Assembly: GCF_009914755.1 (NCBI RefSeq)
Contig: NC_060926.1
Source: the human T2T-CHM13v2.0 reference genome, Homo sapiens
Reading direction: 5' to 3' (one strand)
DNA: 64,000 nucleotides
In this document: one piece after another, positions 42,393 to 62,246 of the stretch
Layout: each line of letters opens with the position of its first letter
Position numbering within the stretch: the stretch's first letter is position 1
The notes under the pieces: model-generated
Told to the model about the DNA's origin: nothing
Seen by the model: only the letters and a program-made list of their open reading frames with translations
Databases searched by the model: none
Program-made: the position numbers and the translations under genes

Positions 42393-42574
42393 GCATGAGA
42401 TGAGGATGGTGGTGATAGCATTTACATTCACAGAATGAAAACAGTCACTTTCAACAACAGTATCGCATCCCAGCAGGACTCACTGAAGGAGGAGTTCCTC
42501 AAGCTCTTGCTAATATCCTTGAGTACCAGGTTGTGGACAGAGGTATTGCAGAGCAGGGCGAGAGCAGGTCTGTG

Positions 42575-42750
42575 CCGCTTCCTGGCTCTGTGACCTATGT
42601 ACGTAACCTGTCCCAGGCCGTGGCCTTCCTCATTCTTCTGCAAGGGTGACAGCACCCTGAAGGGCTGCTGGGAGGGGTGCATAAGATGAATCCATGGTGA
42701 GTGCTGGGCACAAAGGAAGAACTCAGTCATCATTAGCTGTTGTCATTGTT
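42575..42750. mobile_element. MIR fragment
   Basis: cctggctctgtgacc...ttcctcattc...tgctgggcacaaaggaagaactcagt; degenerate. Confidence 0.5.
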
Positions 42751-43761
42751 TGAGAAATTACAAGAGAAAATATTAGAAGTAGAACACATTTCTTAATGTT
42801 TATGAGTCAGAAATTAAGAAGAAAAAATCTCTAAAACTGTAACACATCAGTAGAAAAATGACAGTTGTATTTATATGTTTAGGACAAAAGGGATCAAATC
42901 CCTGTGGAAAGCTGTGTCCACTTAGCATCAGAGTCTTGGCCTGGGTGGCCCCTGGCCCGGAGCCCAGCACAGAGCCTGAGCTTGTGGGCTCCCTGTTAAC
43001 TGCTCCTTGGCTTCTGTACTGGGAGCTTACAGACTCCTCCGAGGCTGAGATGCCTGCCTTTCCCTGCAGCATGCATGCTGACCCAGCTCTGCTCAGTGCA
43101 TCTCCTTTTCTGATCACGGTTCTCCAGATACCCTCTGCCTCCCTCAGGACTCCTGGGCTCCCAGCCCTGGGCTGACGGGACACTACTGGGGGTAGCCCAC
43201 TTTGAGGTTCAGCTGTCCTTCTTGACCCTTCCTGGAAGGGGAGGCAGGAACTCTTGGGCTTCAGCTGAGCTTTTCCTTCCTCAGTGTCCCATCAATGTCA
43301 TGTTCCTAAGTTCTTGATGGAAATGCTATGTGAGATCAATTCAGAAGAACTCCCCTAGGAAAGAGGTCATTTGTTTTTCCTGTGTGGAGATGAAGTGAGT
43401 GTGGTTTGTCGTTCATGGAAAGTTATGCTTAGTCCCCAAGCCCTTGATGCTGTTCAAGGCAATTCTCCAAATAAACTGCTGCCATGTCATCCCTTTCTTC
43501 TATCTTTAGCCAATTCTGGGGTTGCTGTAAGTAAATAAAAGCTGTCCTTCAACGCCTTCTGGCAATTTTTCTGAACTCTGGGGTGAAAGTCAGGTACTGC
43601 AAACAGTGTAGGTTTGACTGTTTCAGCCTTGGAAAGATGTTGAGATGGCCTCTTGCTCACCATTCCAGGTGTGGTTAACCTTTAAGTTAGATGGCTTCTT
43701 TCAGCCCTGGAGGTAAACAAGTTCCCCTTTGTTTTGTCTATAGCAAAACACTTGGGGACAC

Positions 43762-44062
43762 TGAGTATAGGCTGCTATAGCAGAATACCATAGAGTTGCA
43801 GGCTTAAAAACAACAGAAATATATTCCCTCCAGTTTGGGAGGCTGGGAAGTGTAAGGTCAGGGTGCTGGCAGGCTCGGTCTGAGGAGGGCTTGTTCCCTG
43901 GTTAATAGATGATGGCTTCTTCCTATGTCCTCATGTGGTGGAAGGGGCAAATCAGCTCTCTGGGGTCTCTTCTAGAAGGGGCTGATCACCTTCCAAAGGC
44001 CCAGCCTCCTAATATCATCACTTGAGGGGTTAGGATTTCAACACATAAATTTTGGGAGAAGA
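43762..44062. mobile_element. MLT1A/B-type MaLR LTR
   Basis: ggctgctatagcagaataccata...ggcttaaaaacaacagaaat...gggttaggatttcaacacataaattttggg. Confidence 0.75.
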
Positions 44063-47000
44063 CGAACTGTTAGATCCTTCTTTCCTAAATGACCCATCTC
44101 CATTTTCCTCTCAAAAGTCTTCATTCCTTAACTCTCAAGGGTCCCTGGGCCTCTGTCTATCCTGCCTTGTTAGTGTCATGAGTCTTCCCTACTCTCTCAG
44201 GACTTTGGTTCTACTCACCAGTCAGCAGAGGCATCATCCACTTTGAAAAGCTGTTCCTGGCCTTTCCAGCATATGTACCTACCATCTTGTTTTCCCACCT
44301 ATATTCATGTATTGACCTAAAATAGTTATTGTCATTTGCTTTGTGACTAGTTCCATGTGAAGATGTCTTTCAGTTGCTTTTCCATGCCAATAGTTGATAT
44401 ATAATAATTTTACTTTCTCCCTATTTTCTCATCAGCCCTTGAGATGTGGCTCTACCCCTGATATTCTCGTGTTGCCTTTCTTTCTCGTAATCTTTCACCT
44501 TTAATGGTTGAATTCAGTGATGATTTCATTATCTACTCTATCCTTGTAACCTCTGGGTTTTTTTGTTTGTTTGTTTTTGTATACTGCTTGTCCATCTGTT
44601 GGACTCAAACTCCTCCATTCCTCAGTGTGACACGCCCTTGTTCACATCTCATTGCTGGCTTCTCCATCTTGGCTCCAGTCCCAAGCACAGACCTTGCGTC
44701 CTATCTTCGTGGGTTCTCCTCCTCACTGCTTCACTTTGTGGGTGGGTTTACCCTGAAGACTCTGAAAATAATCTCAGTTGTCTTGTTTGTCCCACTTCTG
44801 TTTCCAAATGCTATTTCAGTCCCTTTTCAGTGAAACCTCTGCTAACTTTGATTTTTGCTTCTGCAGCATGCAGTCTGAACTTAGGTCTTTATGTGCCTCT
44901 GCATTTCCATTTCAAGATGCTGCTTCATCTCAAGTCCAGTGTCCTAAGCCAGCAGACACCTTCGTCCTCTTCTCCATCAATCACGCCTTTGTTCTCTCAG
45001 CTGCTCAGGCCCTCGAGGCCTGAGCCTGGTATTCAGTGCCTCCCTTCACTGCACACCTGTTTCCAGCCAGCCATTCTGCAGGTTCCTTCCAGTGCACCAC
45101 GTCCTCCCTCTCCCTTCTCATGGCCTCAGCACTGGCTGGTGCAGGTCAGCCCCTGGCTTTGCACTCTTCTGACTTCATGTACCCTTGCATGCAGGTGACT
45201 CTTCCGTGTTTTCCCCTTTAATTATGTCACTGCTCTGTTTGAAACCTGTATTGTCCCCACCTAAGTCTGATGTGTTCTGTGAAACTATCTCGACCACTCC
45301 AAACTTTGGTAGCTTCTGAAATCCTGAAAAACTTGGTCTGTATTAACATAATTGGAGGTATGTGTTTACAATTTATTCATTATTCCCTCAGTATGGCTAC
45401 AAGTTCTCTGAATGCAGAGACCACACCTTATATTTCCCTGGTAGCCAGTGACGCTGACCTGCAGAGCCCTGGTCATAGAGTAGGTACTCAAAAGGTAATT
45501 GGTGATTGGCTGATATTTGACATTTGCAGGAAGTTTAAAACCAGGATCTGGATCTCTTTAGTTTTCAGCCTCTGCAATGGAAATTTTCCTCTATTTTTAG
45601 AAAAGAGCTCTATTTTCCTTTGTTCTTCCTTTGTGCCTAATGTATTGAAGAACTATTTTCTATTCTGCCTCATGCCTTGCCCATTATTTCATTTCCTGCT
45701 TTTAATTTCCTAGTTTCTGATTCTGAAGAGCTCCACTTTAAAGATGACAGTCAATTCATAAAGGAAGGACCTAGTAGTCCTCCTCCTCAAATGTTTTTTA
45801 GAAACATTTTATTGTCATGCTTACACTTGATTTTTCTAATTATTACATTATCATCAATATTTACTGAAGTCTTATCTTACTGATAAATGATTTTGATAAT
45901 CAAAAGTAAGCATTTTGATTTAAAAAGATCTCATTTCCTTTATCCTATAGAAAAGGAAATGATTTCTCTGTTGAATGCATGCATGATGCATAAGGAAGAG
46001 TGATTAGTTGTTATAACAGACATGGTCTTCACATAATTTCAGAGTACTTCTACCCGTGCTGCACTCGTAACAAAGGAAGTCTTTACAGTGAACACTTTAC
46101 TGTGACCAGCTCTTACCCCCATTCTGGCCTCCTAAACCATGGTAATGCGGATTGAGGAAAAGTGCACCTTCTATTGAATTATTGGTGCCATTTCCTTTCT
46201 AGGTCTATTTTGTCAAGACTAGATTTTTACTTATACCTTAGAAATATAAACTAAAGTAGGAGATGAATGTGAACACTGATGTATGTAGCATTACCTTCTG
46301 TTTTCCCTTTATTGATAACCTGGATAACTGAAAATCAAGAAAATTGCCAAATATCCTCACCTAATTGAAATGTTGCCTTCCCTCAGCTACAAGAATCATG
46401 TGCAGGGCCAATGACAACTGACACTTTTTACTCCCTCTGTCCAGTCTCTAGAAGGCAGTGTGGTCAAGAGAAAGTGGAAGTTGCAGACAGTTAATTCAGA
46501 AACTGCATGAAAGGTCCAAGTAATTTAGGGCGAACCATGGAGAGAGGTGCTATTCGAATCCGGCAGCAGCTCCCGGCTGGCACTCGGGGAAACCTGCCAG
46601 GTTGATGAGTCCGACCCCTGGTGGTGGAGAAAGGCTCAGAGTGTGATTGACAATGGATAGGATTGACAGCGGATAGGAGGAAACACCCAGCAACTTCATT
46701 CTCTCATTGCCATACTGAGTCGTGTGTGTGACTGAGGTGGATGTTTCTGGAGAATCTATTTCTTCAGTGGTAAATGGAGCAAAGTCTAAAGAGGGGCTTT
46801 ATTAGTGCTGCCTTGCATCAGCTGCAGTGACCCTTGAAAAAACAGCAACAAATAATGTGTCACCTTGTGCCTGTATTTCCAGTCTAGTGCTTCTGTGAAA
46901 TGTTTCACAGCGTATTTTATGACATTTTAAAAGAAGTAATTAGGTTTTCGCAAATACGTTTTTAGTGTTTAATTTTAGAGGTGGTGATTAGGACTTACGA

Positions 47001-47178
47001 ATTGTTTACCACATGCTTCGGATGATGCTGCATGCCAAACTGAATGGTTTTAGTGAGAACAGTGTGATGAAATGCAAATGCAGCAATGCTTCACTTGTCT
47101 CATTTTTAAGCAACGATGTTTTGCAAAAGTGAAATTTTCATATATCTGATGTCCCTGTGATTAATCTACAATTACTTC

Positions 47179-47433
47179 ATTTTTATTTTTTGAGACAGGG
47201 TCTTGCTCTGTCAACCAGGCTAGAGTGCGGGTTGTACTGCACCCTCAGACTCCCCAGTAGCTGGTACTACCAGCATGTGACACCATGCCTGGCGAATTTT
47301 TTGTTGTTTTGTTTTGTAGGGATTAGGTCTTGCTGCATTGCCCAGGCTGGTCTTGACCTCCTGGACTCAAGTGATCCTCTTGCCTTGGCCTCCCAAAGTG
47401 CTGGGTTTACAAGTGTGAGCCACCATGCCTGGC
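47179..47433 (-). mobile_element. AluJ with internal deletions
   Basis: gagacagggtcttgctctgtc...ctcctggactcaagtgatcctc. Confidence 0.85.
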
Positions 47434-47763
47434 CTTCAGTTCATTTGTAAAGTCCTGTTCCCTGATGAATCGGTCATGATTTTGCACTTCATGACTCCCT
47501 TTGCTGCATTGTTTGATGCTTTCAAGGACGGCTGGCATCTGGGGTTTTGTCTTGTTCTAAACGGCTCCAGCCTGCTGTGCTTTCTGCAGTGTTTTGGTCT
47601 CTCCTCTCCCTGGAATCCCCACGGTTGCTACTGGTGTGCTTCTATCAGCTTCCCTCACCCGTTTCTGACACGTGACTTCTGTTCTGCAGCAGAGAGGGAA
47701 ACAGAGCGAAGCTCGCCTGTGTTCTGTGAGTGCCCGCGTTGTATGAGAGCCTGCAATGTGTGA

Positions 47764-48144
<381 letters not shown>

Positions 48145-49699
48145 CATCTTTGAGTTTCTTTGTTGCTCGTGACTGCTTTCTGGGTAGGTGATGCTTCCAG
48201 GCATTGTGGTTTTCAGTTGGGTGAGGTGTTGCGACGGAGTCCTTGGTGAATTCCTGGACTGCGTTCTGAAGATGACTGGCGTTGGGGTGGTCTTGCATAG
48301 GCTCTGCCTGCCCCAGCCAGCACCTTGGTTGTCCAGCTCCAGAGTGTATTATCTTGGGACTTTTTTTTCTTCAGAAAGCTATTTTTTTTTTTTAACAGCA
48401 TGAGGATATAATTTACATCTGCTTGAACTTGAGGGGTTTTGGCAAATGTATACAAATATGTAATTGTGGTTAAGGAGAGCCGGGATCTTCCCTATCAGAT
48501 TGGGCATCTCAGCCTTTCTGCGCTTTCTCACTTCCAAATTTCCCCCCTTGCCTTTCTAGATGCTCAGCTGCTTACACAGGCATCTGCTGCCTTGAGCAGA
48601 AAGGCTGTGGTTTTTGGCAGCTGCAGCAGGGGTGGGCGAAGTGTGCTCAGGCAGGGGGCTGGAGGTGTATAGCTCTGTAAAGTCTGTAAACAGTCGACTC
48701 TTCCTGTGTTGCTGTGTTGTTCTCTTCTGTTGGGAGTTTTCAAGGGCCTTCATGGGTGCTTTCAATACTTGTAATAATTTTATTCAGTTTTATGATTCTC
48801 ATATGCAGGAGAATCACCCAGACCACCACTTCATGCCACCCTTTCCTTCTTGGGTCATTTTATCTTCTTTTTAAAAATTGAGCTATAATTTATACACAGT
48901 AGAATGCATCCTTCTCGGTGTCCAGTTCCAGGAGTTTTGGGAACACACAGTCATATAACTACCAGCATAGTCAAGGTATGGAACAGCCACCATCCCCCAA
49001 ATTCTCTTGGGCCCCTCTGTGGTCACCTCTCTATTCCCATGCCACCCCCATGCCCTGGCAGCCATTGGTCTGTTTTCTGTCCCCTGGTTTTACCCTTTTC
49101 AGAGTGTCATAGGCTGGAATTATGGAGCATACGCGCCTCTGTCACTCACTGTGGTTCGTGGGAGGTTCACCCATCTGTGTGCACAACAGCTCATTCCTGT
49201 CAATTGCCTAGTAGTGCTCCATTTTACGGTTGTACCAGAACTAGTTTATTCATTCCCCATTGAAGGACATTTGGGTCCAACTTTTGAATATTTTAAAAAG
49301 AGCTGCTATCCATTGATGTAAAGGTTGTGTAATACCTAAGAGTGGGATCGCTGAGTCATGCAGTGAATGCATTTTTCACTGTGTAAGAAGCTGGCAAACT
49401 TTTGCTAAGCAGCTGTATATATAGTTTTGCAACTGTACAGTGGATGGAAGTGAATGGAAGTTTCAGGTGATCTGCAGCCTCACCAGCAGCTTTCTTTATC
49501 AATTAAAAACATTTTTATTTAGTAATTTGTCTTGGAGTTGTATTTCATTTGTGATTTTACTTTGCATTTCCTTAATAACTAATGACATTGCGCATCTTTT
49601 CATATGCTTATTTGCCATTCACATTTCATCTTTGGGGACCTGTTTGTTTAATGGATTGTTTCCATTTTGTCACGTTTTGAGAGCTCTGTTTGAAAATTC

Positions 49700-50047
<348 letters not shown>

Positions 50048-50917
50048 TAATTTTGAAGTCCAATTTATCAATCTTTTCTCTCACGGATTGTGCCTTTTGT
50101 GTCCTTTCTAAAATTTCTATGCCTAACCCAAAGTCTCAAAGATTTTCTACTGTTTTATTTTGGAAGTTTGGTTTTATGTTTTACATTTATGTCCAGGACC
50201 CATTTTGAGTTAATTTTTATAGGTAGTGCAGTGTAGGAATGAGGATTTTTTTTTAAATTTTGCATATGAATTTCTGATTGTTCTTGTACCTTCTGTTGAA
50301 AAGAACTACACTTTCTGCTTTAAAGTTACTTGCATTTTTTATAACCAGCTAACCATATTTGTGTTGGTTTGTTTCTGGACTCTATGTTTATCCCATTGAT
50401 CTATGTGTTTTTCCTTTCACCAATATGAAGCTTTCTTGATTACTGCAGTTTTGAAATCAGGTTATGTGAACCTCCAATTTTATTCTTCCTTTTCAACATT
50501 GTTTTGAGCTATTTCAGATCTTTTGCTTTTACAAATAAGTCAGCGTTAGATGTGACTTGTCAATTTCTGTAGCAATCCTGCTAGTATTGATTGGGATTCC
50601 ATTGATCTATAGATCAATTCAGGGAGAATCTACATGCTAATGATATTGGGTATAAAATACCATGAACATGTTCTATCTCTCTATTTATTCATGTCTATTT
50701 TTGAAATGAGTGTTTTGTAGCATTTAGTATCCTGACCTTTTCTAAATCAGATTTATGCATAAATATTTTGGTTTTGTAGCTATTGTACATGGCACTTAAA
50801 ATTTACATTTCCTATTGTTTATTGCAAACATATAGAAAAACTATTGACTTTTTTATATCGACCTGAATCCTGAAATCTTGATGAGATAAGCTCATTGATG
50901 AGTTCTGGTCGCTTTTT

Positions 50918-56789
<5,872 letters not shown>

Positions 56790-56844
56790 TTCTGGTTACT
56801 TTTTGCAAATTCTTTGGGATTTTCTACTTAGACAACTGTGTTGT

Positions 56845-57227
56845 TGTCACACGTATCCATGTGAAGAGACCACCAAACAGGCTTTGTGTGAGCAACAAGG
56901 CTGTTTATTTCACCTGGGTGCAGGCGGGCTGAGTCCGAAGAGTCAGTGAAGGGAGATAGGGATGGGGCCGTTTTATAGGATTTGGGTAGGTAGTGGAAAA
57001 TTACAATCAAAGGAAGTTGTTCTCTGGCAGGGGCAGGGGTCACAAGGTGCTCAGTGGGGGAGCTTCTGAGCCAGGAGAAGGAATTTCACAAGGTAATGTC
57101 ATCAGTTAAGGCAGGAACAGGCCATTTTCACTTCTTTTGTGATTCTTCAGTTACTTCAGGCCATCTGGATGTATACATGCAGGTCACAGGGGATATGATG
57201 GCTTAGCTTGGGCTCATAGACCTGACA
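56845..57227 (-). repeat. 3' LTR (LTR7 family)
   Basis: Direct repeat of 62247-62637, preceded by the PPT. Confidence 0.95.
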
Positions 57228-57998
57228 TTCCTGTCTTCTTATATTTACAAGAAAAATAAAACAAAACAGTGTTGAAGCATTGGGGTGGCAAAAATTTTTT
57301 TTGGGTGGTATGGAGAGATAACGGGTGATGCTTCTCAGGGCTGCTTCTAGTGGGATTATGGGCGGCATGGGAACCTAGAGTGGGAGAGATTAAGCTGAAG
57401 GAAGATTTTGTGGTAAGGGGCGATATTGTGGGGTTGTTAAAAGGAGCATTTGTCACATAGAATGATTGGTGATGGCCTGGATGTGGTTTTGTATGAATTG
57501 AGGAACTAAATGGAAGACACAAAGTCCGAATAAGAGAAGGAGAAAAACAGGAATTAAAGGACTAAAAATTGGGAGGACCCAGGTCATCCAATTAGAGAGT
57601 GCCCAAGGGGGTTTAGCATAATTGCTTGGTTGGTGAGTTTTTGGGCTCTATCCTTGAGTTTTTTTATGTTGTCATACACCAGGCCAGATTGATTTAGGTA
57701 AAAACAACACTCTTTATTTAAAAATATACAGAGTCAGTCCCCTTTTTTTAGCAGTAAGTTGAGGCCTCAGCAATTCTGGAAGAAAGAGAAATGCAAAGCC
57801 AGCCATTGTTTGTTAAAGGATTAGAAACGGCTAGGAGAGAGTGAGTGAGATTGATAGTGTGGTGGAGATAGCTGAGGAGAGGTACAGGGTGGCATAAGAA
57901 TGGGAACGAGAATAAGAGTGAGTATAAAAGTAAAGAATAGGACTTATCAGGGTGAAAGTATTGGAGTGTGCCCTGTCAGCAAAGATTATCTATCCACT

Positions 57999-60394
57999 TT
58001 AAGAAAGACTTAAGGGTGGCAGTTTGAGGTATTTTAGTTTCCTGACTTGGGGCATGTAAGTAAAGTCAATTTGCCAGTCCTGGGCAGGGGCAAATCCCCA
58101 AACTTGATGTGTAGGGAAGGAAGGGGGCCTGAATAATCCCTGAGGAGTAGTAGAATAGCAGATGGAACACTGAGAAGTGATTTCCTTGAGGATAGATTTC
58201 CACAATGGAAAGGAAATGAGACGTTCTAAAAGGCGGACTAGCGGCTTGTAACCTACATGGAAGAGGTTACGAAATGATGACAGAATAGAATGGGCCTGTG
58301 AGGCTGGAAGGAGATATTTTCCTTGGTCCAAGAACCATTTGCCTTGTGTGGGAAGAGATTGATAGGTGGAAGTTTCAGTGGGGAAGCAGGTGGGAGTGAC
58401 CAATGAGAAGGAGAAAAACTGCCGTGAGGGATAGAAGTTGGAACACTAGCTGCATTTTTAGCTACCTTATCAGCATTAGCACTGCCCTGAGTGATGGGAT
58501 CTGGTGCCTTTTGATGGCCCTTGCAGTGAATGACTCCAGCTTCCTTTGGAAGTAAAGCGGCCTTGAGAAGAGTTTTTATTAAAGAGTCATTAATGATGGA
58601 GGACCCTTTTGTAGTGAGGAAACCTCTTTTTGCCCATATAACAGCATGGTGGTGCAGGATATGGAAGGCATATTTACGGTCAGTATAAATATTGACTCAC
58701 AGTCCCTTTGCAAGAGTGAGGGCCTGAGTTAAGGCAATGAGTTTGGCTTGCTGACAGGTAGTGGAGTGGGGCAGAAAATATATGCATCAGGTGTGAGGAA
58801 GAAAATAGATTTTGGAAGTTATGAGAACTGTGGAGAGTGAGTGGAGCATAGCTTGTGATTTTGAGGGCCTCTGAAAGTATTAAAGCAGTGGCAGCTGCCA
58901 CACGCAGACATGAGGGCTAGGCTAAAACAGTAAGGTTAAGTTGTTTGGACAGAAAGGCTACAGGGTGCAGTCCTGGCTCTTGTGTAACAATTCCAACCAC
59001 ACAGCCCTGCACTTTGGCTGTGTGTAATGAAAAAGGGTTGGGATGAGTTAGGGAGAGCTAGTGTGGGAGCAGCTTTTGGGGCTATTTTAAGGAACAGAAA
59101 GGAGTGGCTAAAGGATTTAGGATCTATGGGGTCAGCTAGGTTTCCTTTTGTGAGTTTATATAATGGTTTAGTCAGGGTGATAAAACTAGGTACCCAAAGG
59201 TGGAAGTACCTAACCATGCCTAGAAAGGAAAGGAGTTGCTGTTTTGTAGAAGGGGTTGGGGTTTGGGAGATTAGCCGGACACAATCAGCAGGGAGAGCAT
59301 GTGTGTTTTCATGAAGAATTATGCCAAAATAGATAATGGATGAGGAAGAAATTTGGGCTTTGGAGGGGGATATGAGATATCCTTTTGAGAATAGATGTTG
59401 GAAGAGCAGGAGGGTGTCCTGTTGGGAAGATTTGTAGGAGGGGCTATAAAGTAGAAGGTCATCAAAATATTTAATAAGATGAGAAGCAGGTGGATGGAAA
59501 GAAAGTAAATTATGAGAAAGGGCTTGACTGAAGTAATGAGGGCTGTCCATGAAGCCTTGTGGCAGTACAGCCCAGGTAATTTGCTGAGCCTGATGGGTGT
59601 CAGGGTCTGTCCAAGTGAAAGCAAAGAGAGGCTGGGATGAAGGGTGCAAAGGAATAGTAAAGAAAGCATATTTGAGATCCTGAACAGAATAATGGGTTAT
59701 GGAGGGGTTGTGGAGGGAGGTATTGAGGATAGGAGAGTATATGGCTTTGGCACCACGGGGTGGATAGGCAAGACAATTTGGTTGATAAGGGGCAGATCCT
59801 GAACTAACATGTAAGGCTTGTCCAGTTTTTGGACAGGTACAATGGGGGAATTGTAAGAAGAGTTTATATAGGCTTTAAAAGGCCATGCTGTTAATAGGCG
59901 AGTGGTAACAGGCTTTAATCCTTTTAAAGCTTGCTGTGGGATGGGATATTGGTGTTCAGTGGGGTAAGGGTGATTAGGTTTTAAAGGGATGGTAAGGGGT
60001 GCATGATCGGTCATCAAGGAGGGAGTAGAGGTGTCTTATACTTGTGGATTAAGGTGGGGAGATACAAGGGGAGAATGTGAAGGAGGCTTTGAACTGGGGA
60101 AAAGGGTGGCAATGAGGTGTGGCTGTAGCCCAGGAATAGTCAGGGAAGCAGATAATTTAGTTAAAATGTTTCAGTTAATAAGGGAACTGGGCAGGTGGGG
60201 ATAACTAAAAAGGAGTGCATAAAAGAATATTGTCTACGTTGGCACCAGAGTTGTGGAGTTTTAAGAGGTTTAGAAGCCTGGCTGTCAATAGCCACAACAG
60301 CTATGGAAGCAAGGGAAACAGGCCCTTGAAAGGAAGGTAATGTGGAGTGGGTAGCCTCTGTATTGATTAAGAAGGTGATGGACTTACCCTCCAC
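57999..60394 (-). pseudogene. HERV-H pro-pol relic (protease, RT, RNase H, truncated integrase)
   Basis: FLINTEATHS (protease), WAVLPQGF...YFDDLLL (RT), CSICYSTTPQG...DWQIDFT (IN); broken frames. Confidence 0.9.
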
Positions 60395-60455
60395 TCTAAG
60401 AGTTACCCAGAGCGTCTGTGATGGTCCAGGAAGCTTCCTAGGTGATCGGACAGCA

Positions 60456-61700
60456 TCAGTCTTCAGCTGCTAAGCCAAGATCTGGGAAAGAGTCAGTCAG
60501 AGAGCCTTGGGCCAGAGTTCCAGGGGTTCTGGGAGTGGCTGCCAGGCGAGTTGGACAGTCCAATTTCCAGTGGGGTCCTGCACAGATGGGACGTGGCTTA
60601 GGAGGAATCCCGGGCTGTGGGCATTCCTTGGCCCAGTGGCCAGATATCCAGCACTTGAAGCAAGATCCTGGTGGAGAAGGTCCTGTAGGAATGCTTGACC
60701 ACTGCAGCTTAGACATTTCGAAGTTTTTGTGTGCTGGAGATGTGGCTGGGGTTTCTCTCACAGTGGAGGCAAGGAATTGCAACTCTTCTCTATTATTGTA
60801 CACCTTGAAGGTGAGGTTAATTAACTCCCGTTGTGGGGTTTGAGGGCCGGAATCTAATTTTTGGAGCTTTATTTAATGTCAGGAGCAGATTGGGTAACAA
60901 AATGCATATTGAGAATAAGACAGCCTTCTCACCTTTCAGGGTCTACGGCTGTAAAGCATCTCAGGGTTGCTGCCAAACGAGCCATGAACTGGGCTGGGTT
61001 TTTATATTTGATGAAAAAGAGTCTAAATGCTTACTGATTTGGGAGAGATAGGATAAAGAAAAAGGAGCATTAACCTTGACTATGCCTTTAGCTCTGGCCA
61101 CCTCTTTAAGAGGAAATTGTTGGGCAGGTGGGGGAGGGCTAGTCACGGGACGAAACTGTAAGCCAGACTGGGTGTGAGAAGGGGAGGTGATAGAAGGATT
61201 ATAGGGTGGGGGAGCAGAGGCTGAGGAAGAATTGCAACCTGGCTAGGCCTGGCGAGGAGCAGCCTGGGGAGGAGGCAAGAGGTCAGATGGGTCTGTAGAA
61301 AAGGAGGATTTAAAGGACTCAGAGCTTGGGGTGGAGACCGAAGGAACAGACAGGAGAGAAAGAAGAAAGATTTGGGATGAGTTGCATTGGGAGCAGAGAC
61401 TAGGGTGGGACCAATGTGTAAAAGAATGCCTGGACGTCAGGCACCTCAGACCATTTGCCCATTTTTTGACGAAAATCATCCAGGTCTTATAAAATGGAGA
61501 AATCAGAAGTGCCATTTTCTGGCTATTTAGAACAATTATCGAGTTTGTATTGGGGCCAAGTGGTGTTGCAGAAGAAAATAAGACGCTTAAGTTTTAGGTC
61601 AGGCAAGAGTTGAAGAGGTTTTAAGTTTTTGAGAACACAGGCTAAGGGAGAAGAAGGGGGAATGGAGGGTGGAAAGTTGCCCATAATGAAGCAGGCAAGC
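60456..61700 (-). pseudogene. HERV-H gag relic
   Basis: Zinc knuckle CFKCWISGHWAKEC plus a damaged second knuckle RPICAGPHWKLDC; fragmented upstream frames. Confidence 0.85.
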
Positions 61701-62226
61701 CCAGAGAAAAGAGAGGGTAGAGACACGGAGAAGGGGGTTAGTGAGCAGCGAAAGCAGGCATCCCCGCAATCGACTTGCCACCAAGGGAATGTGGGTGAAT
61801 GACCAAGGCAGGCAGCCCCATGGTGATCAGACACCAATGGAGTGTGGGTGAATAATCAGGCAGGTGTCCCCACAGTGATTAAACACCAAGGGAAGGCTGT
61901 CTTCCCAAGTCCGTGACCGGTGCCGGAGTTTTGGGTCCACGGATAAAATGTGTCTCCTTTGTCTCTACTAGAGAGGAAAAAGAACTGGAATTGGAAGGAC
62001 GGGGAGATTGGAGGGTAGCAAGAGAGGGAGATTGAAGGGTAGGGAGAGAGGGAGATTGAAGGGTAGCAAGAGAGGCTGGAGAAGAGAGTGAAAAGACTGC
62101 TTACCTCATTTGAAATTGGTGAGATGTTCCTTGGGCTGGTTGGTCTGAGGACCTGAGGTTGTAGGTAGATCTCCTCATGGAGTGAGGGCAAGGACAGGGG
62201 ACCAGTCTCCAGAAGGAGTCCTCCTG

Positions 62227-62244
62227 TCCTGGGTTTTGGCACCA
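62227..62244 (-). other. Primer-binding site, tRNA-Phe type
   Basis: TGGTGCCAAAACCCAGGA two nt after the 5' LTR; 16/18 match to the tRNA-Phe complement TGGTGCCGAAACCCGGGA. Confidence 0.85.
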
Positions 62245-62246
62245 AA

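Noticed and set aside
44504-45713. ORFs of 109-211 aa
   Set aside because: Leu/Ser/Pro-rich translations of pyrimidine-rich, probably L2-derived DNA; no domain or splice support.
46645-46678. ggattgacag motif resembling 18S rRNA
   Set aside because: Only a 16-bp local tandem duplication; flanks are not rRNA-like.
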